Source: Kineococcus radiotolerans SRS30216 = ATCC BAA-149 (GTDB taxonomy: Bacteria; Actinomycetota; Actinomycetes; Actinomycetales; Kineococcaceae). From it: 32,000 nucleotides of DNA. Made by a program: the position numbers and the translations under genes. The notes beneath the pieces were generated by a model that was given only the letters and a program-made list of their open reading frames with translations, searched no databases and was not told the DNA's origin. This document shows, piece after piece, positions 23,794 through 32,000 of the stretch (position 1 is the first letter of the stretch; each line of letters starts with the position of its first letter). The DNA is taken from the NCBI RefSeq assembly GCF_000017305.1, contig NC_009664.2, positions 3,570,001 to 3,602,000 of the forward strand. Reading direction: 5' to 3'.

Positions 23794-24712
23794 GACCACC
23801 CCCGGGACCCCCGCGCCCCACCGCTCCGGCTTCGCCTGCCTCGTGGGGCGCCCCAACGCGGGCAAGTCGACGCTGACCAACGCCCTCGTGGGGCAGAAGG
23901 TCGCCATCACCTCCTCCCGCCCGCAGACCACCCGCCACACCGTGCGCGGCGTCGTGCACCGCCCCGACGCCCAGCTCGTCCTCGTCGACACCCCCGGCCT
24001 GCACCGCCCCCGCACGCTGCTGGGCCAGCGGCTGAACGACCGGGTCCACGAGACCCTCGCCGAGGTCGACATCGTCGCCCTCTGCGTCCCCGCGGACGAG
24101 AAGATCGGCCCCGGCGACCGGTTCATCGCCGAGGCCCTCGGCAAGATCCCGCGCTCGACGAAGATCGGCCTGGTCACCAAGACCGACAAGGCCTCCAAGC
24201 AGCAGGTGGCCGAGCAGCTCCTGGCCCTGACCGCGCTCGGGGAGCAGGTCCTCGGCGGGTTCGCCGACGTCGTCCCCGCCTCGGCCAAGACCGGCGAGCA
24301 GGTCGACACCGTCGCCGACGTCCTGCTCTCGCACCTGCCGGTGGGCCCGCGGCTCTACCCCGACGGGGAGCTGACCGACGAGCCGGAGGCCGTGATGGTC
24401 GCCGAGCTGGTCCGCGAGGCGGCCCTGGAGGGGGTGCGCGACGAGCTGCCGCACTCCCTGGCCGTCGTCGTGGAGGAGATGACCGAGGGCGAGAACGGCG
24501 TCCTGCAGGTGTTCGTGTGGCTCTACGTCGAGCGCGACTCCCAGAAGGGCATCGTCATCGGCAAGGGCGGGGCCCGTTTGAAGGACGTCGGGACCCGCGC
24601 GCGCCGCTCCGTCGAGGCCCTGCTGGGCACCCGGGTGCACCTGGACCTGCGGGTCAAGGTGGCCAAGGACTGGCAGCGCGACCCCAAGCAGTTGCAGCGC
24701 CTCGGGTTCTGA
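23786..24712 (+). CDS. era: GTPase Era
   Basis: RSGFACLVGRPNAGKSTLTNALVGQKVAITSSRPQTTRH (G1 and G2), VDTPG (G3), TKTD (G4) and a KH domain with VERDSQKGIVIGKGG. The ATG overlaps the upstream stop (ATGACTGA). Confidence 0.95.
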   Translation: MTETTPGTPAPHRSGFACLVGRPNAGKSTLTNALVGQKVAITSSRPQTTRHTVRGVVHRPDAQLVLVDTPGLHRPRTLLGQRLNDRVHETLAEVDIVALCVPADEKIGPGDRFIAEALGKIPRSTKIGLVTKTDKASKQQVAEQLLALTALGEQVLGGFADVVPASAKTGEQVDTVADVLLSHLPVGPRLYPDGELTDEPEAVMVAELVREAALEGVRDELPHSLAVVVEEMTEGENGVLQVFVWLYVERDSQKGIVIGKGGARLKDVGTRARRSVEALLGTRVHLDLRVKVAKDWQRDPKQLQRLGF

Positions 24713-24721
24713 GCTCCGCCG

Positions 24722-26737
24722 GTGCGTTCCTGGTTCGCGTTCACCGCCCGCGACACCCGGGACCTGCTGGTCTCGCTGCTGCCGACGGCGTTCGCCCTGT
24801 GGATCAGCGCGCACCTGGTCACCGGGGTCCGGGTGGACTCCCCGTTCTGGCTGCTGGCCTCGGCCGCGGTGCTGGCGGTGGGGGACCTGCTGGTCCGGCT
24901 CGTGCTGGGCCCGCTGGTCGCCCTCATCGGGCCGCTGCCGACGGTCGTCGTCGGGGTGGCCGTGCAGCTGCTGCTGCTGCACACGGCGCTGACGGCGGTG
25001 CCCGGCCTGGACCTGAGGTCCCTCAACGCGCTGTGGCAGGTCTACCTCTGGACCGGTCTGGTCGCCGTCGTCGCCCGCTGGGTCGTGGGGTCCAACGACA
25101 GCCGGTGGGTGGTGCGCGAGCTGCTGCGCCACCGCCCGCGCCCGCCGGGGGCGGTGCGCGAACCGGGTCTGCTCGTCGTGCAGGTCGACGGGCTGTCCAT
25201 GCCGCTGCTGCAGTTCGGCCTGCACTCGGGGACGCTGACGACGATCGCGCGCTGGCTGCGCGAGGGCAGCCACCACGCCGAGGGGTGGCGGGTGCGGCTG
25301 CCCTCCACCACCCCCGCCAGCCAGGCCGGGTTCCTGCACGGCAGCACCGAGGACATCCCCGCCTTCCGCTGGTGGGACCCCGAGCTGCGGCGGGTGCTGG
25401 TGGCGAACCGGCCGGCCGACGCGGCCGTCATGGAGGAGCGGGTGCGCGCCGCCGCGCACGCCGCGGGGCGGACGGGCCTGCTGGCGCGGGACGGGGCCAG
25501 CATCGGCAACGTCTTCTCCGGGGAGGCCTCCCACGCCCACCTGGTGGTCTCCACCTCCCGGGTGGGCGGGTCGGGGCGCCCCTACCTGCGCTACGTCGCG
25601 CGCCCCTTCGTGCTGCTGCGCAGCGTCCTGCTCACCCTCGGGGAGGTCGTGAAGGAGGTCTACCAGGGCTGGCACCAGCGGGTCCGCCGCGTGGAGCCCC
25701 GCATCCCCCGGCGCGGCTGGTACGTGCTGCTGCGGGCGCTGACCAACGCCCTGCTGCGCGACCTCAACGTCGCGCTCGTGGCCCAGGAGCTCTCCCAGGG
25801 CCGCCCGGTCGTCTTCGTCGACTTCCTCGACTACGACGAGGTCGCCCACCACGCCGGGGTGGCCCGGGCGGAGTCGCTGGACGCGCTGGCGGGGGTGGAC
25901 CGGGTGCTGCAGACCCTGGCCGACGTGGCCGCGGCCTCCCCGCGCGACTACCGCGTCGTCGTGGTCTCCGACCACGGCCAGGCCCAGGGACCGACGTTCG
26001 AGCAGGTGGCGGGCCGGCCGCTGCAGGAGCTGGTCTTCGAGCTGCTGGACCGGGAGCTGCCCACCCACCCGGTCGTGACGACCGCCGCGGTGGGGGAGGT
26101 GCGCGGGCGCGTCGAGGTGCTGGCCCGCGACTTCGCGACCCCCACGCGGGCGGAGCGGGTCAGCGCCCGGCACGAGGAGGAGACCGCGAGCGGTGCGGAC
26201 TCCGTCGTCGTCGCCACCGCCGGCTGCACGGCCCTGCTGTCGGTGCCGGAGGCCCCCGGCGGGCGGATCGACCTCGCGGAGTTCGACCGCCGCTGGCCGG
26301 CCCTGGTCCCGGGGCTGGTGGGGACCCGCGGGATCGGCTTCGTCGTCGGGCGGCGCGGGGAGGAGGTCGTGGCCGTGGGCCCCGAGGGGGAGCACCACCT
26401 GGTGTCGGGGCGGGTCAGCGGGGTCGACCCGCTGACCCCGTTCGGGCCGCGGGCGGCCGGGGACCTGCTGCGCCTCATGCGGTTCCGCACCGCGCCGGCC
26501 CTGCTCGTGCACTCGACGCTGGACCCGGTGACGGGGGAGGTGCACGCCTTCGAGGAGCAGGTCGGCTCCCACGGCGGGCTGGGGGGCTGGCAGAACGAGG
26601 CGGTGCTGGTGCACCCGGCGGAGTGGAAGGTCGCCGAGGACCTGCGCGACCGGTCGGTGCCGGGGGAGGCCCCGCTGGTGGGGGCGACGACGATCCACGA
26701 GCAGCTGGTGCGGTGGATGGAGGAGGTGGGGCTGTGA
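24722..26737 (+). CDS. Membrane protein: N-terminal DUF360 / phage-holin-4-like domain fused to an alkaline phosphatase-superfamily (phosphodiesterase/pyrophosphatase-like) domain
   Basis: The N-terminal ~130 aa contain several hydrophobic helices (LLVSLLPTAFALWISAHLVTGVRV..., PTVVVGVAVQLLLLHTAL...). Then come GLLVVQVDGLSMPLL, LPSTTPASQAGFLHG (candidate nucleophile Thr/Ser), VFVDFLDYDEVAHHAG and RVVVVSDHGQ (metal-ligand motifs). Confidence 0.75.
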   Translation: MRSWFAFTARDTRDLLVSLLPTAFALWISAHLVTGVRVDSPFWLLASAAVLAVGDLLVRLVLGPLVALIGPLPTVVVGVAVQLLLLHTALTAVPGLDLRSLNALWQVYLWTGLVAVVARWVVGSNDSRWVVRELLRHRPRPPGAVREPGLLVVQVDGLSMPLLQFGLHSGTLTTIARWLREGSHHAEGWRVRLPSTTPASQAGFLHGSTEDIPAFRWWDPELRRVLVANRPADAAVMEERVRAAAHAAGRTGLLARDGASIGNVFSGEASHAHLVVSTSRVGGSGRPYLRYVARPFVLLRSVLLTLGEVVKEVYQGWHQRVRRVEPRIPRRGWYVLLRALTNALLRDLNVALVAQELSQGRPVVFVDFLDYDEVAHHAGVARAESLDALAGVDRVLQTLADVAAASPRDYRVVVVSDHGQAQGPTFEQVAGRPLQELVFELLDRELPTHPVVTTAAVGEVRGRVEVLARDFATPTRAERVSARHEEETASGADSVVVATAGCTALLSVPEAPGGRIDLAEFDRRWPALVPGLVGTRGIGFVVGRRGEEVVAVGPEGEHHLVSGRVSGVDPLTPFGPRAAGDLLRLMRFRTAPALLVHSTLDPVTGEVHAFEEQVGSHGGLGGWQNEAVLVHPAEWKVAEDLRDRSVPGEAPLVGATTIHEQLVRWMEEVGL

Positions 26738-27567
26738 GCGCGTCCGTGCGGTGGCTGGGTCACTCGACGGTCACGGTGGACGTCGTGCGGGCGGCGGGGG
26801 GTCTGCGGATCGTCACCGACCCGGTGCTGCGGCCGGGGCTGGCGCACCTGCGGCGCCGGACGCGGACCCCGGAACCGGCGGACACGGCCGGCTGCGACGT
26901 CGCGCTCGTCTCCCACCTGCACCACGACCACCTGGACCTGCCGTCGCTGCGGCGGCTGCGCCCGGCGGTGCTGGTCACCCCGCCCGGGGCCTCGGACTGG
27001 GTGCGGTGGAAGCTGCGGGTCCCCACCACCCGCGTGGTGGAGGTCGCCGTCGGGGAGACCTCCGAGCTCGCCACCGCCTCGGGGCCGGTGCGGGTGAGCG
27101 CGCTGCCCGCCCACCACACCGGCCGCCGCACCTTCGCCCGGCTCTCGCGGGCGCCGGAGGACTGCCCGGCCGTGGAGCACCTCGTCCGGGTGCCGGGGGC
27201 GTTCCCCGGGCGCGAGCCCGGCGACCTGCTGGTGTGGGCGGTCGGGGACACGGGTGAGTTCGCCGGCGCCGACGCGGTGCTCACCGCCGGGGGCCGCGCC
27301 CCCGACGTGGCCCTCGTCCCGGTGGGGGGCTGGGGGCACACCCTCGGCCCGCACCACCTCGATCCCCGGCAGGCCGCGGAACTCGTCGCGCGGGTCCGGC
27401 CGGGGACCTCGGTGCCGGTGCACTGGGGGACGCTGCACCCGATCGGGCTGTCCCGCACGATGGGCGACCGGTTCGTCGAACCCGGCCGCCGCTTCGTCGC
27501 CGAGGCCGCCCGCCTCGGGGTGCCCGGCGCGGTGCAGCTGCCGATCGGGGGATCGCTGACCCTGTGA
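26734..27567 (+). CDS. MBL-fold metallo-hydrolase
   Basis: VRWLGHSTVTV...IVTDPVL...DVALVSHLHHDHLD (HxHxDH motif) ...VPVHWGT. GTG at 26734 overlaps the upstream stop as GTGA and follows GGAGGAGG. Confidence 0.8.
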   Translation: MSASVRWLGHSTVTVDVVRAAGGLRIVTDPVLRPGLAHLRRRTRTPEPADTAGCDVALVSHLHHDHLDLPSLRRLRPAVLVTPPGASDWVRWKLRVPTTRVVEVAVGETSELATASGPVRVSALPAHHTGRRTFARLSRAPEDCPAVEHLVRVPGAFPGREPGDLLVWAVGDTGEFAGADAVLTAGGRAPDVALVPVGGWGHTLGPHHLDPRQAAELVARVRPGTSVPVHWGTLHPIGLSRTMGDRFVEPGRRFVAEAARLGVPGAVQLPIGGSLTL

Positions 27568-27628
27568 CGGCAGGGGCCCGCGCGGCGTCCCGCGACGGGG
27601 GCGGCGGGCCGGTCGTCCCGGGGGCGGC

Positions 27629-28609
27629 TCAGAAGAACGTCGGCTGCCGCGGCACGTAGTGCTCCTCCAGCGCGGCGACCTCCTCGGCGGTGAGTTCGAG
27701 GTCGAGGGCCGCGACGGCGTCGTGGAGGTGGTGCACCTTCGTCGCGCCCACGATGGGGGCGTCGACGACGGGGTTGCGCAGCACCCACGCGAGGGCGACC
27801 TGCGCCATCGACACGCCCCGCTCGCCGGCGATCCGCTCGATGGCGTCGACGATGCCCTTGTCGCTGTCGAGGCGGACGGGGTTGCCCTTGGGGTCGGTCT
27901 CCGGCTCGTCACCGGCGCGGGCGGTGTTCTGCTCGTTCCAGGGGCGGGCCATCTTCCCCGCCTGCAGCGGTCCCCAGGGGATGGACCCGACGCCCTGGTC
28001 GGCCAGGAGGGGGAACATCTCCCGCTCGTCCTCGCGCTGGGCGAGGCTGTACTGGTTCTGCATGGACACGAAGCGCGTCCACCCCCCGAGGTCGGCGGCG
28101 GTCTGCAGCTTCGCGAACTGCCAGGCCCACATGCTCGAGGCGCCGAGGTAGCGGACCTTGCCGGCCTTCACGACGTCGTGCAGGGCCTCCATCGTCTCCT
28201 CCACCGGGGTGGTGGGGTCGAAGCGGTGGATCTGGTAGAGGTCGATCCAGTCGGTCCCGAGGCGCTGGAGGGACGCGTCGACCTGCTCCAGGACCGCCCG
28301 GCGCGAGAGGCCGGACTGCCCGGGGCCGGGGCCCATCTCCCCGAACACCTTGGTGGCCAGGACGACGTCCTCGCGGCGGGTGTACTTCCGGATCGCCTCG
28401 CCGGTGACGCGCTCGGAGCTGCCGCGGCCGTAGACGTTGGCGGTGTCCCAGAACGTGACGCCCAGCTCGACGGCCGCGCGGAAGACCGGTTCGGCGCCCT
28501 CGGCGTCGAGGGTCCAGGTCTGCTGCTCGCTGCCGTCGCCGAAGCTCATGCAGCCGAGGACGATCCGGCTCACGGTGAGGCCGGTCGAGCCCAGGTGGGT
28601 GTGGTCCAC
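27629..28609 (-). CDS. Aldo/keto reductase (AKR-1 of three)
   Basis: LGSTGLTVSRIVLGCMSFG, FWDTANVYGRGSSE, VVLATKV, IDLYQIHRFD, KVRYLGASSMWAWQ, VSMQNQYSL and PIVGATK are classic AKR motifs (catalytic D/Y/K/H context). Confidence 0.9.
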   Translation of the reverse strand: MDHTHLGSTGLTVSRIVLGCMSFGDGSEQQTWTLDAEGAEPVFRAAVELGVTFWDTANVYGRGSSERVTGEAIRKYTRREDVVLATKVFGEMGPGPGQSGLSRRAVLEQVDASLQRLGTDWIDLYQIHRFDPTTPVEETMEALHDVVKAGKVRYLGASSMWAWQFAKLQTAADLGGWTRFVSMQNQYSLAQREDEREMFPLLADQGVGSIPWGPLQAGKMARPWNEQNTARAGDEPETDPKGNPVRLDSDKGIVDAIERIAGERGVSMAQVALAWVLRNPVVDAPIVGATKVHHLHDAVAALDLELTAEEVAALEEHYVPRQPTFF

Positions 28610-28730
28610 GGTGTCTCCTCGGGTGGTGGTCGGCGGGATCGGTGCGGCACCACCCGGGCACCCGCCCGCCGCCCCCCGGGGGGTCGGGGGCGGTGGGCGG
28701 GTGGACGGGGGCGCGGGAGGGGCGGTCGGG

Positions 28731-29663
28731 TCAGGGGACCCGGTAGCCCGCGGCGCGGAACAGCTCGTACCACTCCGCGCGAGTCAGCGGCAGGTCCGAA
28801 CCCCGGGCGGCGGCGCGCACCCGCTCGGGGTTGGTGGTGCCGAGGACGACCTGGATGTTCGCCGGGTGGCGGGTGATCCACGCGGTGGCGATCGCCAGCT
28901 TCGGCACGTCGTACTGCGCGGCGAGGCGGTCGAGGACGACGTTCAGCTCGGGGTAGCGGTCGTCGTCGAGGAACACCCCGTCGAAGAACCCGGCCTGGAA
29001 CGGCGACCAGGCCTGCACGGTGATGTCGTGCAGGCGGCAGTAGTCCAGCGTGCCGTAGTCGCGGGAGACCGACTGGTCCAGGCCCTGCATGTTCGCCGCG
29101 ACGCCCTGCGCGATGAGCGGGGCGTGGGTGATGGAGAGCTGGAGCTGGTTGGCGACCAGCGGCTGCCGCACGTGCTTGCGCAGCAGCTCCATCTGGCCCG
29201 GCGTCTGGTTGGAGACGCCGAAGTGGCGGACCTTGCCCGCCGCGTGCAGCTCGTCGAACGCCCGCGCGACCTCCTCGGGCTCCACGAGGGCGTCGGGGCG
29301 GTGCAGCAGCAGGACGTCGAGGTAGTCGGTGCCCAGCGCCTTCAGCGAACCCTCCACCGAGGAGGTGATGCGCTCGTGGGAGAAGTCGAAGTAGGGGCCG
29401 TCGGGGACGATGCCGGCCTTGGTCTGGATGATCGTGGCCTCGCGCTCGGAGGAGCTGAGGGTCACCGCCTGCGCGAAGCGCTCCTCGCAGCGGTGCATCG
29501 AGCCGCCGTAGACGTCGGCGTGGTCGAGCATCGTGATGCCCGCCTCGCGCCCGGCGGCGACGAGGGTGCGGATCGCCTCGTCCTCCATGTCGGCGATGCG
29601 CATGAGGCCGAGGACGACGTTGGGGACCTGGAGGTCGGATCCACCGAGGGGGAAGGTCTTCAC
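28731..29663 (-). CDS. Aldo/keto reductase, YdhF-like (AKR-2)
   Basis: VVLGLMRI, MLDHADVYGG, IIQTKAG, LDVLLLHRPD, KVRHFGVSNQTPGQ, ANQLQLS and VVLGTTNPERV. GTG at 29663 overlaps the upstream stop as GTGA. Confidence 0.9.
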   Translation of the reverse strand: MKTFPLGGSDLQVPNVVLGLMRIADMEDEAIRTLVAAGREAGITMLDHADVYGGSMHRCEERFAQAVTLSSSEREATIIQTKAGIVPDGPYFDFSHERITSSVEGSLKALGTDYLDVLLLHRPDALVEPEEVARAFDELHAAGKVRHFGVSNQTPGQMELLRKHVRQPLVANQLQLSITHAPLIAQGVAANMQGLDQSVSRDYGTLDYCRLHDITVQAWSPFQAGFFDGVFLDDDRYPELNVVLDRLAAQYDVPKLAIATAWITRHPANIQVVLGTTNPERVRAAARGSDLPLTRAEWYELFRAAGYRVP

Positions 29664-30547
29664 GGTCGGGCTCCTTCGGAGAGGCGGGCGATCTCGTCGG
29701 CGGTGAGCTCGAGCTCGGCGGCCGCGAGCGAGTCCTGGATGCTGGCGGGCCGGGAGGAGCCGGGGATGGGGACGACCACGTCGGCCAGCGCGAGCTCCCA
29801 GGCCAGGGTCACCTGCTGCGGGCTGACCCCGTGCGCGGCGGCCACCTCCGCGAACGCGGCGTGGTTCGACCCGAGGTCGGCGGCGTTGGAGATCCCGCCC
29901 AGCGGCGACCAGGGCAGGAAGGAGACCCCGAGCGAGGCGCAGTGCTCCAGCTCGCCCAGGCTGGAGCGGAAGGCGGGGGAGAACTGGTTCTGCACCGAGG
30001 TCAGGCGCCCGCCGAGGAGGCGGTCGGCCTCGTTGATCTGCGCGACGTCGGCGTTGGAGATGCCCGCGCGCACGATGACGCCCTCGTCGAGGAGCTCGAC
30101 GAGCGCGCCGATGGAGTCGGCGTAGGGGACGTCGGGGTCGGGGCGGTGGAACTGGTAGAGGCCGATGGCCTCCACGCCCAGGCGCCGCGCGGAGGCTTTC
30201 GCGGCCTCCTTGAGGTGCGCGGGGTCGCCGTTCTTGGTCCAGGACCCGTCGCCGGGGCGCAGGTGCCCGCCCTTGGTGGCGACGACGACGTCGTCGGTGG
30301 GGGAGCCGAACTCGCGCAGGGCGCGGGCGATGAGGGACTCGTTGTGGCCGACCTCGTCGGCGTCGCGGTGGTAGGCGTCGGCGGTGTCGATGAGGGTGAC
30401 GCCGGCCTCGAGCGCGGCGTGGATCGTGGCGATCGCGCGGTCGGTGTCGGGGCGGCCCTCGATGGACAGCGGCATGGCGCCGAGCCCGATCGCGGAGACC
30501 TGTCGGGTGGTGGGGGCGCCGGGGCGCCCGAGGCTGCGCTGCTTCAC
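29660..30547 (-). CDS. Aldo/keto reductase (AKR-3, first gene of the minus-strand array)
   Basis: VSAIGLGAMPLS, LIDTADAY, VVVATKGG, IGLYQFHRPD, IVRAGISNADVAQI, SVQNQFSP and VVPIPGSSRP. The start is taken as GTG 30547 (VKQRSLGRPG); the longer ORF to 31351 is antisense to the LysR gene. Confidence 0.8.
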   Translation of the reverse strand: MKQRSLGRPGAPTTRQVSAIGLGAMPLSIEGRPDTDRAIATIHAALEAGVTLIDTADAYHRDADEVGHNESLIARALREFGSPTDDVVVATKGGHLRPGDGSWTKNGDPAHLKEAAKASARRLGVEAIGLYQFHRPDPDVPYADSIGALVELLDEGVIVRAGISNADVAQINEADRLLGGRLTSVQNQFSPAFRSSLGELEHCASLGVSFLPWSPLGGISNAADLGSNHAAFAEVAAAHGVSPQQVTLAWELALADVVVPIPGSSRPASIQDSLAAAELELTADEIARLSEGARP

Positions 30548-30593
30548 GCGTCGGAGCCTAGGAACGGCCTCCGCAGAAGTCCAACACCTGATT

Positions 30594-30610
30594 CTTCTCG
30601 TCGGCAGAAG
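30594..30610. promoter_or_regulatory. Candidate LysR-type regulator binding site (dyad CTTCT-N7-AGAAG containing T-N11-A)
   Basis: A perfect 5-bp dyad lies in the 75-bp divergent spacer between AKR-3 and the LysR gene. T30596-N11-A30608 fits the LTTR box. The octamer GCAGAAGT also occurs twice, at 30573-30580 and 30604-30611. Confidence 0.4.
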
Positions 30611-30622
30611 TACAGTTTCTGG

Positions 30623-31543
30623 ATGGACCTCCGTCAGATGCAGTACGTCGTCGCCCTGGCCGACGAGCGGCAGTTCACCCGGGCCGCGGCGCTGAGCGGG
30701 GTGTCGCAGTCGGGGCTCTCGGCGGCGATCCGCACCCTGGAGGACGAGCTGGGCGCCACCCTGTTCGACCGCAGCCCCCGGCGGGTGGAGCCGACCGACG
30801 CCGGCCTGGCCCTGCTGCCCTTCGCCCGCACCCTGCTCGCCCAGGCCACCGCGGCGCGCGACGCCGTCGTGCAGGCCACCCGCCGGTTGTCCGGCACCCT
30901 GCGGGTGGGGGCCGAGCAGTGCCTGGGCGTCGTCGACGTCTCCACGCTGCTGGAGCGCTTCCACCGGCGCTTCCCGCAGGTCGAGATCCACTTCGAGCAG
31001 GCCGGGTCCCACGACCTGCTGGGCCGGTTGCGCGAGGGGGAGCTCGACCTGGTGTTCGTGGCGACCACCGAGCACCTCGGTGCCCTGCCCGCCAGCGAGC
31101 TCGGCCGCGAGCCGCTGGTCCTGCTGACCCCGCCCGAGCACCCGCTGGCCGGGCGCCCGCACGCGCCGTGGGCGGAGCTGGCGGCCCACCCGTTCATCGA
31201 CTTTGTGCCCTCCTGGGGCGTGCGGCCGATCACCGACGCGGCCTGCGCCGCCCACGGGGTGCACCGGCGGGTGCGGTTCAGCGTCGGCGACGTCCACGCC
31301 CTGCTCGACCTCGTGGGACGGGGCCTCGGGATCGCCATCGTGCCCCGCCACGTCGCCGCCAAGCCCCAGGCCGCCCGGCTCGCGGTCGTGCCGATGCCGC
31401 CCGGCACCCCGGAGTGGGTCGTCTCCGTCGTCACCTCCGCGGGCAGTTCCCCCGCCCCGCAGCTGCTGGAACTGCTGGAGGTCGAGCAGGCCGGGACGGT
31501 GGAGACGGCGACCGTCCGCCGGAACGGCAACGGCCTGCCGTAG
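30623..31543 (+). CDS. LysR family transcriptional regulator
   Basis: The N-terminal wHTH reads MDLRQMQYVVALADERQFTRAAALSGVSQSGLSAAIRTLEDELGATLFDRSPRRVEPTDAG. It is followed by a LysR substrate-binding-like domain (LRVGAEQ..., ELDLVFV) and is divergent from the AKR array. Confidence 0.9.
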   Translation: MDLRQMQYVVALADERQFTRAAALSGVSQSGLSAAIRTLEDELGATLFDRSPRRVEPTDAGLALLPFARTLLAQATAARDAVVQATRRLSGTLRVGAEQCLGVVDVSTLLERFHRRFPQVEIHFEQAGSHDLLGRLREGELDLVFVATTEHLGALPASELGREPLVLLTPPEHPLAGRPHAPWAELAAHPFIDFVPSWGVRPITDAACAAHGVHRRVRFSVGDVHALLDLVGRGLGIAIVPRHVAAKPQAARLAVVPMPPGTPEWVVSVVTSAGSSPAPQLLELLEVEQAGTVETATVRRNGNGLP

Positions 31544-31607
31544 TCCGGGGCGGGGAGGGAGGAGCCGCCGGGTGCCCGGGCCGGGGGGTTGGGGGTACGG
31601 TGGGGCC

Positions 31608-31658
31608 GTGGCCCGTCTGGAGAACCTCCTCCTTCGTCGCCGCGGCGGGGCCAGCTAG
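31608..31658 (+). CDS. Candidate 16-codon leucine-rich leader peptide upstream of leuA (VARLENLLLRRRGGAS)
   Basis: GTG 31608 through TAG 31656-31658. It has four Leu codons, three of them consecutive (CTC CTC CTT, 31626-31634). The Leu-codon run is complementary to the leuA SD region (see findings). Confidence 0.45.
   Translation: MARLENLLLRRRGGAS

Positions 31659-32000
<342 letters not shown>

Noticed and set aside
23438-26698. 1086-aa minus-strand ORF, and similar ones at 21832-24309, 6514-9021, 4910-6724, 14801-16105, 15678-17612 and 12817-14358
   Set aside because: All lie opposite well-supported plus-strand genes (era, CorC-like, ybeY, asnO, ngg, M42, pabAB, S9). All translate to R/G/P/A-rich sequence without domains. 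They are GC-driven shadow ORFs.
24517-26733. Upstream extension of the MBL hydrolase frame (1016-aa ORF)
   Set aside because: It overlaps era and the DUF360/AP-superfamily gene out of frame with low-complexity translation. The recognisable MBL protein starts at GTG 26734, after GGAGGAGG.
27568-27628. Search for a terminator hairpin between convergent MBL hydrolase and AKR-1
   Set aside because: Only 4-bp CCGG self-complementary segments were found by eye, with no convincing stem-loop.
30548-31351. Upstream extension of the AKR-3 ORF (563 aa) antisense to the LysR gene
   Set aside because: AKR homology begins at VKQRSLGRPG...VSAIGLGAM (GTG 30547). The upstream part is antisense to a clear LysR wHTH/substrate-binding gene and has no AKR or other motif.

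Overview
High-GC (about 70-80% by eye) chromosomal segment that looks actinobacterial. It is densely coding, and many long antisense 'shadow' ORFs were discarded. All calls rest on reading the ORF-track translations and local sequence; no searches were run.

A housekeeping backbone is recognisable: dnaJ 3' end, a HIT protein, phoH-ybeY-corC-era, and leuA at the right edge.

Accessory genes lie between the backbone genes:
- A translationally coupled Aer-type PAS protein plus a soluble MCP-like protein.
- An ECF sigma factor with a GerMN/Gmad2 membrane partner, followed by a GNAT.
- The asnO-ngg genes for the osmolyte N-acetylglutaminylglutamine amide (NAGGN). Their usual M42 peptidase partner sits about 6.3 kb away.
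- In that 6.3 kb gap: nei, a coiled-coil hypothetical, an 854-aa fusion of a GCS2/YbdK-type ligase with a circularly permuted ATP-grasp ligase, and an S9 peptidase.
- A fused pabAB, a PAS-GGDEF cyclase, pabC and a DUF72 gene.
- A DUF360/alkaline-phosphatase-superfamily membrane protein coupled to an MBL hydrolase.
- Three tandem aldo/keto reductases with a divergent LysR regulator.

The most novel-looking item is the double-ligase fusion and its peptidase/pABA neighbourhood. A Leu-codon leader peptide that can pair with the leuA Shine-Dalgarno is also visible.

No rRNA, tRNA, CRISPR array, transposase, integrase or phage genes were seen.
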